Shown here piece by piece: positions 1-11,899 of a stretch of DNA of 33,000 bases; positions within the stretch are counted from its first letter, which is position 1, and every line of letters begins with the position of its first letter. The translations under genes were made by a program, and so were the position numbers. The stretch is from Dicyema japonicum. Its lineage: Eukaryota; Animalia; Dicyemida. The notes under the pieces were generated by a model. It saw only the letters and a program-made list of their open reading frames with translations, was not told where the DNA came from and ran no database searches. Where the stretch lies: positions 31,001 through 64,000 of the forward strand of contig RDEW01000059.1 of NCBI GenBank assembly GCA_011109175.1, in the 5' to 3' direction.

Positions 1-234
1 ACATTGATGTAAATGATTTTTTTGTTTATTGTTTAATAAATTAATATACACACCTCACTAGATATTTTATTTATTAATTCTCATATATGACAACATCTAT
101 TTCTTCTCTTTTCCCATCCAATGGAATTTTCTTGGATTTGCCACATTCCAAGATAAATTATTGATAAGATTAACGATTTTCACGAATTCGCAAAACTAAA
201 TTATATTCCAATTGATTTTAAAAAATGCACTTTT

Positions 235-490
235 ATGCAGAGTCATAGTATCTATATCTACTCAGACATGACTCACACTTTAAGTACAGAAAATTATAAC
301 TTATCGTAGAGGAAGAACCAATGAGTTGGGTGTATGTCCTTTATAGACAATCCGATTCCGCAGTGAAATGTTCACTGATGACGGCGTCACTCGTCAAGCC
401 AAAGATTCTAAATGCGTGCTCGAACGAAATTTGAAGCCGTGGAATTCGAACTAGGAACCAGGGCACTCAGCCGACACTCGTTACACTTAA
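235..490 (-). mobile_element. Degenerate copy of the tRNA-derived SINE family
   Basis: Shares blocks with the complete copy at 9091-9391 (gtcctttatagacaatcc, cactgatgacggcgtcactcgtcaa, gactcacactttaagtacagaa). B-box-like GTTCGAATTCC on the minus strand near 445-455. Ends approximate. Confidence 0.6.
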
Positions 491-700
491 TTATCAGGAT
501 TAACATAAATGGATGTGAAAATAGAATGACTGACGGATGTACCAATATTCACAACAAATCCATAAGTAATGCCATCCTTGAGTTGATTATAATTTCTGCA
601 TTTCTGTAATCGTTTTTTTCAAACACAAAATATTGAATTTAATAAGCTTTACAAGTCAACTCGATTTATTTTAAATTAAAAGTATTAGTAAACTGTTGAG

Positions 701-3700
701 TCAAAAATTAAATTGTGGATTTCCAAAACCAACCTTTTCTTGCATTTCCGTCACTTCATTGTGTAGTTTTTCATGTTCCCCCAATCCCAACTAAAATAAA
801 TAAATAAAAAACCCTTATAGCATATTTGAAGGTCTGTTCAGCCTCCAATCTCCTCTCCATTCCGAGACAAATCAAACAAAGGTAACTCCACACCATAAAG
901 TCAAGACTGTTTAAACAGTTTGCTTCACAAAGTGCCATCTCAGCTTCCTCTAATTCTCCAATCTGTTAAATTAACGTAATCCAAACTCTATAACAGCTAA
1001 TTCCCAAACCAAGCCATGTTATATGTGTTGGATTCTCTTGTGTTGCTAGTTTATAATTATATTTTGCCTCAGTGAACTTACCCTCAGCCAAATAAATCTC
1101 CCCCAATCTTAATAGTACTGCATGTTGGTCTTTCTTTTCCCCCATCATATCAATATATCGGTTATAGGCTTCTACGGCTTCTTCATTCCTCCCTCTTTCA
1201 CAGTAGCTGTGACCAATCAATGCCCAAATGTCAGGTTCTTCGAACAAGTCAACAAGCCAATCTCTCACAAGTTTGTCGAACTCATCGTAATTTTGTCTGA
1301 ATAAAGTGATTCGGCAAAATAAAATATTATATGCAATTGATTTCTCACCAAATATTTTTGACATCGATTTTTCTGCATACTAACCTACTTTAAACAAAAA
1401 TACTAAAATCAGATTCAACGAGAACAAGTACTCAGCAGCAAACAGGAACCCCTGATTATTCGACAAATCTAGTTCTTCACTTTGTTCCATCCTTATGCTA
1501 TCATGACTCGACTTTTTACTAGATGAATCTTGCGAAACTAATAATCAGTTTAAATAAACTTTCACAACACTTTTGTTTGTTAGCGTTCCTCAAGGCGTGA
1601 CGGAAGGCCATCTCAGCCTTTAGGTCGTTCCCATTCTGTTCGTATACAAGACCTAATGAATTTCGCATACAATGGAACCGATAATAATTAAGGAAATGTT
1701 GTTTTCTGGATTCAATTCTACGTTGTATTCCATAATCTCTTCAGCTCTATTGTAGTTGCCCAAAAGTGCTGATAAAATTGCAGAAAATATTTGTCCGTCA
1801 TAATTTGTGTGATCATGAAAGAGGGACTCTTCCGAATAGTACAATGCCCCCTCGAAGTCTTCCTTTCTTAACGAAACACTTGCAAGCCTCAACCAGTGAC
1901 TTGCGGATGCTGTAAGACGTGATAAAATCTGTCGGAGATATTCTGAGGCTAATTCAAGTCTTTTTAGTGAAATGGCCTCGTCGGTGAAAAATTCTAGCTG
2001 TTCTATGCTAAGATAGGGTTTTGGTTCAGAGACAACATTAACTGACGAAACTTTCTTATTTAAGGCAATGTGTATTTGGTCCATCAAAAATACGTACAAA
2101 TCGGATAGAAAATTCTTAACTAAATTTAATATTTCACATTTAATTCGTTTTCATTTACAATTTTGGATTTTTTCATGCATTTCTCTCTCACAATGTTTAT
2201 AATCGCAAATTTCACCTTCTCCTTGATTTCGTAGTAAATATCTGACGAATTTAATTTACACATCATTTTTGTCTCCCTTTAATTAAAAGTTATTTTTGTT
2301 AAACCATTTTTTCTTGTGTAAAATCTTGATCCGATCCAATCATTTCGTTCAACTCTGACAAAATCGAATCAGAGACCTCAGAAATGACATCCCTGAAGTT
2401 GTTCACGGCCTTTAAAGTTTATTAGCATAAAACCTTTTCTGCTAATGTCTCCTGTGAGGGCTTGGGCCTCTTCTCAACGACATGTTTGTAAACACTATTT
2501 CAGAATGGACATTATATAACCTTTCAGCCAAATCATCTCGAGTTCTTTTAACCACCATGGGCTTGTCAATTATGCATTCTACGATTATAAAGCTTTTTCT
2601 TTCTTCCCACGTGGTAGTGTCATTTTTATCATATGGGGAGATTACGGCCTTTGAGGCCTAGTAAAATCAGACATTGTTTTACCATCTTTTTAGCTTCCTT
2701 TTTGTCATCCTTCTTTGACTTGTGTTGTCCTGGCGCCATGTAGGTTGAATATGTGGTATTCACGAATTCATCAGTAAGTAGTCGTCGCTTTCCACCCTGA
2801 AATACTTTTGATAGGTCATACATAAGAACTAAATTCGTCTTCATCGAATGGTTTTACTAAAAATGCTCCACTAAAGTCCTTTTCCCCGGGATAGAGTAAA
2901 GGCCATAGGTTTACATAGGATATTCCATGATGGGCCACCTGAAAGTCCTCTTCAGCCTTTCTCAACAATTAATTTTACCTTTTTCCCCTTTACACTCTGA
3001 TGTGATGAAATTACACATATTTCTAAGGGAAGAAAACGATTTTTCGTAATGTATCGTACAAGTCTGAATACAAGACAACATTTTATACTGTGTGGTTGCA
3101 TCCTGGTCGATGTAAAAATATATTCTTGTATTCCACATCACTCGGGGACTTTCCTTTTGTAAAATGAATCTTTCCTTCCCATGTGGAACATCCTTCATCT
3201 CGGCTATGGAGAAATTTGAGTCACTTCTCTCGAATCTATGAAACTAAATATTTGTCTACTTTTCTTTATAATATAGTTGTTTGGATAGAGTTGATAGTTT
3301 AGGGTATCTTTTAGTATAACAGTGTCTCTCTGAGCTTTGTTTGATGTGTCCGTCAAAGTACACACCAATCTCTTCCTTTTGGGAACCCTTGTCGTCAATC
3401 GGAAGGAGAAATGAGGCAACAAATGTGTTTCCAGGAATATTTATTGCTTCAGGAAGTCCATAAAGTGACCCAATGGTAAACGATAGTCTCGACCAGGAAT
3501 TTAAAAGTTTCTCCGTGAAAAGTTTTTCCGTACAATTGATTTCATACTCAAACGTCGACTACAATAAAATAAGTCAGCACATTGTAGGCTGTCTTGATGA
3601 GCTCATCGGAGTAGACAAGCTCATTGGGAATCAGATTTGCTTGGTCCGTGAAGTGGTTGCCTAAGTAAATCATTATAACTACCTTCTATTACACTCAAAA

Positions 3701-4065
3701 GCTCTACCACGAAATAACCAAGCATATTCATTTTTTCTTCTTTTTGTTTTTTCTCTTTCGGAAGAATCTCATAGGCGTATACTTTGTGAAACAGAATAAT
3801 TACCGACGATGGGGTTATTTGCCAATTCGTTTGCTGTTTGAATGTCGTTAATGTTTGCAGAAAATAAAATAGAATAGTCGCAGGTGACTCTTTCCCCAGT
3901 GCAAGCTATCTTAGTTGATTCGTTTATTATTTTCCCACAATATTCACTTTTCAAGAGAAGGTTAAAGTGTGCTGATTTGGTTCCCACCTACGTAATTTAA
4001 ACAAATACAATCTTATCGCATGTATTTATCAATATTGTTATTTTTGAAGTAACAGATTGTTCCAT
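701..4065 (-). CDS. CFAP70: Cilia- and flagella-associated protein 70 (TPR protein), 19 exons and 18 micro-introns
   Basis: Spliced translation runs from ATG 4065 (MEQSVTSK...) to TGA 701-703 (...EKVGFGNPQFNF). It matches remembered CFAP70/TTC18 motifs along its length: EILPKEKKQKEEK, HGISYVNLWPLLYPG, LYVFLMDQIHIAL, TWLGLGISCYR|IGELEEAEMALCEAN, VGFGNP. GT-AG introns of 21-26 nt include 3988-4008, 963-986 and 791-812. One junction (donor 2304) needs a 32-nt intron ending GAG at 2273, or a 1-nt indel. Confidence 0.95.
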
Positions 4066-4749
4066 TTAACTAATTGCTATGGAAACTAATTTTTTCAATT
4101 TACATTTTTGATATTTTTATGCTTGAGTTTTTGTTTCAACTCAATCATTAAGTAAATCCAATTCCTACTTCGGACCTTAATAACCCTGTCCATTCATAAC
4201 TGTGTCGAAAAAAAATTACGAAACTAACTTCAGACAGATTTTTTAGTTCGAGGAGCATTATAATTTTTAAATTTTGTGCATCCAACACTTACTTAGTTAT
4301 ATAGCTTCTGAATATTTTGCTAATCTAACAAAAAAGGGAACGAGAGGCTACGGACATGTGGAGATGGAGGTGTTTAGTATAATAGAGCAGACACCTAAAC
4401 CTTCCAACCTACATCTCCGTCAATTTGTCAAAATATAAAAGTCATGGAATACTTGATGAATACAACTTTTTCTATATGTTGTTAGTGTTTTTGAGTATCG
4501 ATATTTATTTTGTGTAAATTAGGATCGTTTGTTTTCTATTTCTTAGTTTGTTTCTATCTCCGTCCGATTGAAAGGATTTTACAGTGAGGACTTGTTAACT
4601 AATCTGGTTTAATTTCTGTTCCATCGTTTATATTAGTCTCTAATGAATATACATTTTCCCAGTCATAATAGTTTTATAGGACTAAAATCACCTTCCTTCC
4701 ACGTGCCGTCGTCGATAGCAATAAAACAGTCTAGAAGTGGGATGGTTTG

Positions 4750-5030
4750 AATAATAATAAACAGCCACGAAGGAGTAGTAATGTTTCCATACTTAAACCT
4801 CAGTAGAACTCATATTTTATTAAGTAAGAACAGTCAATTAATCAAAGATGTTCTTGACTTGTCGTTTTTTTGTGATTCTCAAAAGACAATCCACAGTAAT
4901 GAAGCACTGTTGACGGAATCACTCGTCAACTCAGAAACATAGTAGATGCATGGAACTCTAGACGAATGGAGAAATGTGAAATTCTAACCTGGAACCAATT
5001 ATTACACAGCGCCATCCGGTTAGTAGACGT
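4750..5030 (-). mobile_element. Degenerate copy of the tRNA-derived SINE family
   Basis: Blocks ttttattaagtaagaacagtcaattaatc, agacaatcc, cactgttgacggaatcactcgtcaa and gaaattctaacctggaacc are colinear with the 9091-9391 copy. Ends approximate. Confidence 0.55.
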
Positions 5031-5117
5031 AAGAATGCTCAATTATAACTAATTGGACTGTTTAATTAAAGTTTTATTGGAATAACAAAAATTAAAATAA
5101 TGTTGCTTAGTTAATAA

Positions 5118-6392
5118 ATGTTTAATTGTGTGGACAGTGATAGAATTGATTATATTTGTGACCATTATGATATCGACTCACAAGTTATGTGGTTTTACTT
5201 AAATCAATATGGTTTAGTGGGGATTTTTTCTCTGATAAGTTCAGATGCAATCGCTTACAATTCTCAAATTTACAAGTTAGAATTATCGATAAAAGTAAAA
5301 ACGACAAAGTATCAGATTGCAATTTATCGCAGATTAAAAGAAAGCAGACTGAAATTGGCTTTCTAAAATTTATAAATCACAGAAATCTGGTGATTTCCAT
5401 AAATAGTTAAGGTTCGCCTGTTTGACCTATTGGAAAGTCAAAATAGTATTTATTGTGTTTTGGAGACATTCCAAAGTATTACATTCGAAGAAAGGTTTGT
5501 AAAGTAAAATCACTCAGAATTATGAATATTCAGGTTTATTCAGAAAAGTTGATATGCACGTGGATAATGCAAATTTGTTCGGCTTTGAATGTATTTGTTT
5601 AGTTTAGTGGTTAGTTCCTCCATAGTAACGACCTTGTCCACGGATGCTTGACGGTATCAGAATTGGTGGTAATTTAAGACTGACTTTATCTATTTTGATA
5701 AAAATAACTTCCTACTCTTAGGTAGGTCCTTTGCTAATTCAATAGACGGATTTTATTTAAAATATGTTAACGAACCACTTCTTCTTCAGTCTCTTGTCAA
5801 TTCATACCCTCACACATGTGGTATGATCTTTGAAGAACTTAGCTCCCGAAATAATCAGAGGATCACGTGCTCAGTCTAGTTGCGATCTTTGGTCACTTGG
5901 AGTTATAAGTCACCAAATGTTTACTGAATTCATGTATTAAAGGTTTGTGGGAAAGTGCCCGTTTGCAGACAATCCGTATGGGCAAATCAATGAATCTTTT
6001 GATTTTAGTAAGGTTGGACCTAAGGTGATCATTTTCTATTATTTTAGCGTTTGATTCACAAATTACTTCGGGAAAATCCCAATGACAGACTCACTGCAAC
6101 ATCAGCTTATGAATTGGTCAATCAGTGTTACACAGATGCTACCCACGATCACTTAGATATTCCCTACAGTTTACTAAACGTCAGCTCTACAAATGTATTC
6201 TATGGAGTTATTGTAGTCTGAGTTTTCTTTCGGGAAACTTGATAAAATAACAGAAACCATAGTTATCATATTATAACTACTTTAGGTTGATGAATCTCTT
6301 TTTAATGCGATTAACGAAAGCATCGAACTAATCAGTGACACAAACGAAGACGTATATTATTATTATATTTATAGTTAACTAATATTCGTTAG
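5118..6392 (+). CDS. CAMK-group-like protein kinase fold, probable pseudokinase, about 11 micro-introns
   Basis: Splicing 22-26 nt GT-AG introns (first is 5192-5217) gives a continuous frame: ...FINHRNLVRLFDLLESQNSIYCVLE...WIMQICSALNFLHSNDLVHGCLTTDFIYF...APEIIRGSRAQSSCDLWSLGVI...GKCPF...LLRENPNDRLTA. Subdomains IV-XI are recognisable. The last exons and the stop at 6390-6392 are less certain. Confidence 0.85.
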
Positions 6393-6799
6393 GTTTATTA
6401 GTAAAACTAGGTTTATTAATAATTAATACAATTAATTTTTCTCATAAAATTATATTTTTGAGGCCGGTCTCACATTAATGGCAATAAATTGCACTTAAAT
6501 ATAATTTGATAAACGTTTGATAAATAATAAAGGATTCCTATATACTCTTTGTTTTCTGCAATTCCTAAAAGGGTCATTGGATCCACTTAACTCAAGAGAC
6601 GCCTAATATCTTGCCCAAAAGGATCCCCCTCTTTTCTACTCAAGTAGAAGGGTTCATCCAATGGCAGATAGTTAAGGAGATGTTGCTGAGAAAGGATACG
6701 TTTTATTCCACTGGGGGAACTGGAAGAAACCTACTTTGAGTACATTCAGTGAAAAATGATTAAAAAAACAAAAGTTATAGTCACATAAGCAATATGTTT

Positions 6800-7130
6800 T
6801 TTGTCAAATTCGAACAAATAATCAAATTTAATGGTGATTTCTACAGAAAACTTAATAATGTATAAAAGAAGGACAGTTCTCACAAAATTGAATGAAATAA
6901 ATCATTTTTAACTAAAGATGAATATTATTTTTGTTAAAAATCTGTAAAAATATTAGTCCTTCTATAGTATTAAAGGTGAAAAGTTAAAACCGTTGGTTGT
7001 TGGAAAGTTTAACTTAAATTATAAGAACTGAGGATTATGGAGTACTAATTTAAATAATACAAATAGGTTGTGTATAAAGAATGCATGGGTGATGAGAGAT
7101 ATCTTTAATTAGTTACAAAAAATTAATAAT
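6800..7130 (+). mobile_element. Tigger/pogo (DDE_1) transposase remnant
   Basis: Degenerate GEKLKPLVVGKF and NAWVMRDIF motifs, parallel to the better copies at 13-15 kb. Confidence 0.45.
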
Positions 7131-7149
7131 ACAGACTCGACTTCATTCT

Positions 7150-7520
7150 TCTTGAAAATGCTAGATGTCATATTTGCCAAACATTATTTAATCCGCTATA
7201 AGTTCTGCAATTTCTTGTTGGTTAGCAATATGTTTTCCTACTTCATTTCGTAAAGTCAGTGTTTTCCTTGGTAGTTTTCTGATTTGTCCGACAGCTTCAT
7301 AAAACTTTGCATTGTCTTTAAGGCCTTTGATTTTCTCTATTTTTGTTATTGTTTCGTTCTTCCGACGTGCAGCTTTTCTTATTTTCTTTTTGATGACTGT
7401 TCTTTCCTTTTGTAGCCGCTGTTTCTATTTTTGTCATCTGTATTTAGACATTGTATCCATATCGCCTTTTGTTGATTAGCAAGGAGTTTCAAAGCGGTTA
7501 TTTCTTCATAAAAGACAATT
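7150..7520 (-). mobile_element. Non-LTR retrotransposon remnant (linker between endonuclease and RT)
   Basis: Minus frame reads KKKIRKAARRKNETITKIEKIKGLKDNAKFYEAVGQIRK...LRNEVGKHIANQQEIAELIAD, typical of RTE/L2 ORF2 upstream of the RT. Confidence 0.4.
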
Positions 7521-7539
7521 ATTCAACAAAGAAACAAAT

Positions 7540-7725
7540 GTTAGCTGAGGAAGCCGGCTACGTGGATCCTAAACAAGTTCCCTCGGAGTATGGTCATTCC
7601 AATCTTTTGTCTCAGCCATAACCCTTCTCGTTGATCCCTTTTTTTCTGGCAAGTATTCTTCCGAGTTTGTGCAAGAACTCAGCCGTCATTAGACCAACGG
7701 CATTTACTTAACCACTAGAATTTAT
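7540..7725 (-). mobile_element. 3' fragment of a CRE-clade RLE retrotransposon
   Basis: Reverse complement aligns by eye with 28370-28480 (ggtc[t/c]aatgacggctgagtt...gggatcaacgaga...tggctgagacaa). Peptide AVGLMTAEFLHKLG...QRE...WLRQKIG. Confidence 0.65.
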
Positions 7726-7959
7726 TTATAAGCGTTACACCAACAGCGCCATTACAGCTACGGACTGTGACATATTAATATATGATAACTAGGGCAACCA
7801 ATTTCAATAAATTACAATTTTTTAGTCCTTTTTGGATATAATTTAGGATTATATCTGACGCCACCAGAGATGGTGAACGCTGACAATTCAAGCTCCCTGG
7901 AGCCAAAAGAGAAGAGGAGGAACAGAAGAATCAAACAAATAATCTTCGATTCATGTAGC

Positions 7960-8360
7960 CACATAGCACTACACCAACGTTGAACCACGTGGCATTTGTC
8001 GAAAAAGTTGGGCTATGAAAGTAACAGAAACATTATAAGAATAAAATCCTACTTCAAGATGTTGATAATCTGATTTCTTCTTTAAAGGCTGCCACAGTGA
8101 AGAACAAAAGACGCTGGGAAATGTTCTCACAAATAGGAAATCTACCCGAAGTTGTTGCAGCAAAATAGGGAAGCTGGCTAAAAGCAGCCAAATATTACTT
8201 CCAGAATCTACCAGAAATTATTAAAGTTTCTCTGAATTTGAAGGAGATAGAGTTTTAATCAGAAATGTTTCGATTTTTAATTATTTTAGGCCAAAGTTAA
8301 TATTCCCACGTTGTTTTCAAGTTTAACCGAAATCAGTTCAAACTATTTGGTGTTAATTGA
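7960..8360 (+). mobile_element. hAT-like transposase remnant
   Basis: VDNLISSLKAATVKNKRRWEMFSQIGNLPEVVAAK*GSWLKAAKYYFQNLPEI is homologous by eye to 17630-18030, which retains the TRW motif. Confidence 0.5.
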
Positions 8361-8789
8361 AAAAAAACAATGAAATGGCCATGTGGTGCTATGTGGCTAG
8401 TATGTCAAAAATTATTTTCCCTCCCTTTGATGGCGTCATTGGCTCCACCTTACTAAGGAGACGCCCAATGCCTGATCAACATCAAGAGGATCCACTACTC
8501 TTTTCCCGGGGGACAATGTCGTTACCTGGAGACAAGTTCTGGAGCGCTGGAACGAGTCAGGATCAAGGAGTTAGTTAGTTTGGTTACCCTTGGTATAATT
8601 TTAATTGTAATTTAATACCGAAATAATCGATTATTCAATTGAAAATCTTATTTTCATCAGATCGGTGCAATATAAAAAAATTATATATCAAAAAAGCTTC
8701 AGAAATCTTTGATACTAAGTATTCTTGATTTCTCAAATAAAAATCTTTCGCCAGAAATTTACTCATAACTTGGAAATTTTTGCGGAAAC

Positions 8790-9830
8790 TCAGCCTCAAT
8801 TGAAAGGGCATTTTTTTATTTATTTGAGAACTTGTTGTTAGTTTTGGTTGCCGTCTCATTTACTGACGTCGAAGGGAACGTTCAGTGGTCAATCATATCA
8901 AACAGCTAATATCACAAATATCCAGGTAAATGTGAATTTGTAAAATTAGTTGATATATTCCCTTTATAATTGTAACTGTCTTTGTGGTTTCAATTGCTAT
9001 GATAAAAGTCAGTTATAGGCCTGTTCACTTTATATGTGTGATATTGATAATTGAAGGATCCAGTTGCATTGTCGATGGGGATATTTTATTTATTTTTTAA
9101 CAGCCTTTTCACGAGAGCCATAATATTTATAGCTCCGCATAGGCAGGACACACACTTTATTTAAGTAAAGAACAGTTAATTTTAACTAATCGAACCAAGG
9201 AATGATCTTCACTTCTTTTTATTTTTCTTGAGTGTGGGTCCTTTCTAGACAATCCAGCTCCACTGATGACGGCGTCAATCGTCAATCCCTTTTAGCATCG
9301 TATGCGTGGAACCTTCCACCAGGTGAACAGCATCGAGATTCGAACCCGTAACCTAAGTCACTTAAGCCCGACTCCAACCACTATGCCACCCGGGGATATT
9401 TTATTGTATGGATATTCAAGTGGTTAACCAAGCTAAAAAATAAAATTAATTTAAAATTAAGATTTTGTTGACTTTCTCGCATTCTTCAGGACATTTGGGT
9501 TTTTACTGACATCCCTGCAACTGTTTTTGTACCACAAATTACTCATAATAGAATTCACACCAAAAATCAGTTACTTTTTAAATGTTCTGTCTAGCTGGCG
9601 TTTTAGTTGCTTATTCAACATTCATGCTATCATTTATATGGTCATTCCTTCTGTGCTATACCACTGCCATGATCCTCAATATTTCCTCGATATTTTTACA
9701 CATTTGTACAGCTATTTTCACCTCCACTATAAAGTAGTTGTTTAATTATTGGTAGTTTCATTACTTGCATATTATTGCATTTTTGTTATTACCATCTCTG
9801 CTGGATTATATGCCTTTATGAGCCCAAGTC
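8790..9830 (+). pseudogene. Candidate multi-pass membrane protein gene interrupted by a SINE
   Basis: Removing the SINE and one TSD copy restores a frame: FIIVTVFVVSIAMIKVSYRPVHFICVILIIEGSSCIVDGDILLYGYSS|DFVDFLAFFRTFGFLLTSLQLFLYHKLLIIEFTPKI|TGVLVAYSTFMLSFIWSFLLCYTTAMILNISSIFLHICTAIFTST, using GT-AG introns 9423-9461 and 9570-9594. The 5' and 3' ends need extra frameshifts or contain stops. No family recognised. Confidence 0.45.
9091..9391 (-). mobile_element. Complete tRNA-derived SINE (301 bp) with 14-bp target-site duplication
   Basis: The minus strand starts GGGTGGCATAGTGGTT (Pol III A box), has GGTTCGAATCT (B box), and ends in an A-rich tail. It is flanked by an exact direct repeat GGGGATATTTTATT at 9077-9090 and 9392-9405. 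Confidence 0.9.
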
Positions 9831-9899
9831 ATAAGGTAATTACGATATTTTAGTATATTTGAAAGACAATAAATATAAATTTGATAGTTAATTTTAAAA

Positions 9900-11100
9900 T
9901 GTGCTGTTTAACTTTTATGTTTACTGATCAAATTCCCTACAACTGCGGAGTTGTATCATTAATCTACTCTTACGAGACCTCAATGGGAGTGGCAATATAG
10001 ATCTTGAGTTTTAGGAAGAGAAAGATCTGTTTGTTCTAAGAAAGATCCTCAATTGACTTAATATAGATATTTAAGTAGAGATCATTTAGAACTAAGTAAT
10101 TGATTGGGAGGTAGAAGGGGTTGTGTGAAGTATTATAAGAGTAGGGATCTTTTAATAAAGTTTGTACCCCACTTTTTCTCGCTGTATTGATTGTGCAGGT
10201 TATCATTATTGGTTTAAGCACTTGTCAAAGATAGATAAGGTCCAATATTAGTCAACAAAGATATCTAAGATAGCCAGAGATCCGAGGGAGTCAACTAATG
10301 CTGTCCGAGGGAGATGTTGAAGTTAAATAATATATTTTGTCAGTGGACGAGTAAAGCGAATGTAGTTACTCTACTCCCAATTATTGTACCCAAGCGACAT
10401 TAATCTATTATTTAAATTGATAGGTATTTAATACAGAAAATTAGGTCGACTATGCACGTCACCATGGTAACCATTTAAGTTAAGTACGAGGGAGTCTTAC
10501 CTCAAAAGACCTAGACTCCTCACGAGATCCTTCTTCAACCAGTACATCAGGAAAGGAAGATCACAGATTTTCATGTGCAAAACTGCTATTCTTTTATACA
10601 TTTCATCTTTACTGGTCTTTAATTTCTCATTTAATTTTGTGTCGGACCTCACCTGAGTGCAAAATTCAACCAATTTCCTCGTTTTTATCAACATTATTAT
10701 ACTCAGGTGACACATCACTGTATTCACTTGAGGAATAACATGAACCTGATTTATTCTCAAATTTACATTACATGACAGAAAGCTCAATCCTTAAGAATCG
10801 TGATTATTAAAAACAGAATCCTCTCAATTAAGGAGAGATTTATTTTATTACCACAGGATCACTGGGTTAAAGGAAAAGGAGAAAGTTTCCAACTAACAGA
10901 GAGATCCCAAACCGCCAATGAAGCAGCCGAATCAGGGAAAGTTCTCTCATGTATACCACCTCATTGGACAAGGTATCCTCTCGTACTTTTGTTCGTCGCG
11001 ATATATCTTGAGAGTGTTTCATCAGAGGGTTGTCTAGATTTTGGCTGCCCTTAGGATCTTCCTCTGTCCTTAAGGCCGAGATGATTATTTTCATATTTAA
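9900..11100 (-). mobile_element. Penelope-like retroelement RT remnant, heavily decayed
   Basis: Successive degenerate segments appear in Penelope RT order: RKLVEFCTQ...LNEKL..KD, then CIVDLIFCI (YVDD region), LAILDIFVD, and YLHNQYS. Many stops and frameshifts. Confidence 0.4.
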
Positions 11101-11396
11101 TATTTTCCTATTGACTCATCAATTTCTGTATACCCCATTACAATATGTTTACCTGTCATTTTGACCACTTCAATCAATGCAACTTATGTCTCTTTAATTT
11201 TCATTTCAACCTCTGTATCTCATTTTGATTGGTATATTACGACCTATGAATGTCTCCAATAACCTTAATTGTATTTTTTAATAGTCGTCGTAAGATGGAA
11301 GGTCCTGAGTTGTAATCTCGTCCTGGTACTTCAATATTTAGGTTGTAAACAATTTTATTATCGTTAAATAGCGAGAGAAAACGGTAAATTTAAAAG

Positions 11397-11658
11397 TCAA
11401 CACCGAATTCCGGTACCAATCGACATAAAAAGTCCGAATGTTCCTCCTGCCTGAAACATAGACTTCCCAACCATTCCGATGAACTCCCTTCCACGCAATC
11501 CAAGTCTAATGTCAGGTAGAATATAACCTGAATGCAGAAAAGGAGCCAAATAATATTCCCGAACCGCACCCAACTAAGCAACCGACTCCAAACCCATATT
11601 TCATTTTATCGAAACAACTTGGCCCAGATTGACCTACAGGTTGTCTGTAAACTGGCAT
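11397..11658 (-). CDS. ROMO1: Reactive oxygen species modulator 1 / Mgr2 homolog, 79 aa, one 22-nt intron
   Basis: ATG 11658, intron 11506-11527, TGA 11397-11399. Protein [79 protein letters not shown] is colinear with animal ROMO1. Absent from the ORF track. Confidence 0.97.
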
Positions 11659-11899
11659 TCACACAACGAGACTAATTGGGAAATTTAAAAATAAAATATT
11701 TACTTATAAAATTATAAAAATTAAAAAAGAGGACACGTTTAGTGAACGTCGGAAGTTTCGTAAGAATACCTAGAGTTGGCACCTTTAATGATTTTAACGC
11801 GCGTCATGTGGCTCGCCGTTTCTGGTGGCGTCAACTGTGGAATTAGTCACACAGTAAAATGGATAATTTGCTCACCCCAATCCAAGAAGAATGTCCTTC

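Noticed and set aside
4360-4418. Imperfect hairpin (ggagatg/catctcc, gtttag/ctaaac) between CFAP70 and the kinase
   Set aside because: The stems are short, bulged and mutually overlapping, with no second copy or family motif. Not enough for an ncRNA call.
4560-4745. Possible Penelope RT remnant (PLLDCFI...YKTIMTGKMYIH, minus strand)
   Set aside because: Only two weak motifs across a frameshift.
9315-9391. tRNA gene (A and B boxes, partial cloverleaf)
   Set aside because: It is the head of a 301-bp element with a TSD, an A-rich tail and two diverged copies. No convincing anticodon arm, so SINE rather than tRNA.
10280-10495. Three occurrences of (c)cgagggag
   Set aside because: Short, irregularly spaced and inside a decayed retroelement. 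Not a CRISPR or satellite array.
11745-11760. ETS/GABP-like CGGAAGT upstream of ROMO1
   Set aside because: A 7-mer is expected by chance, and no matching site was seen at LCLAT1 or TIMM10.
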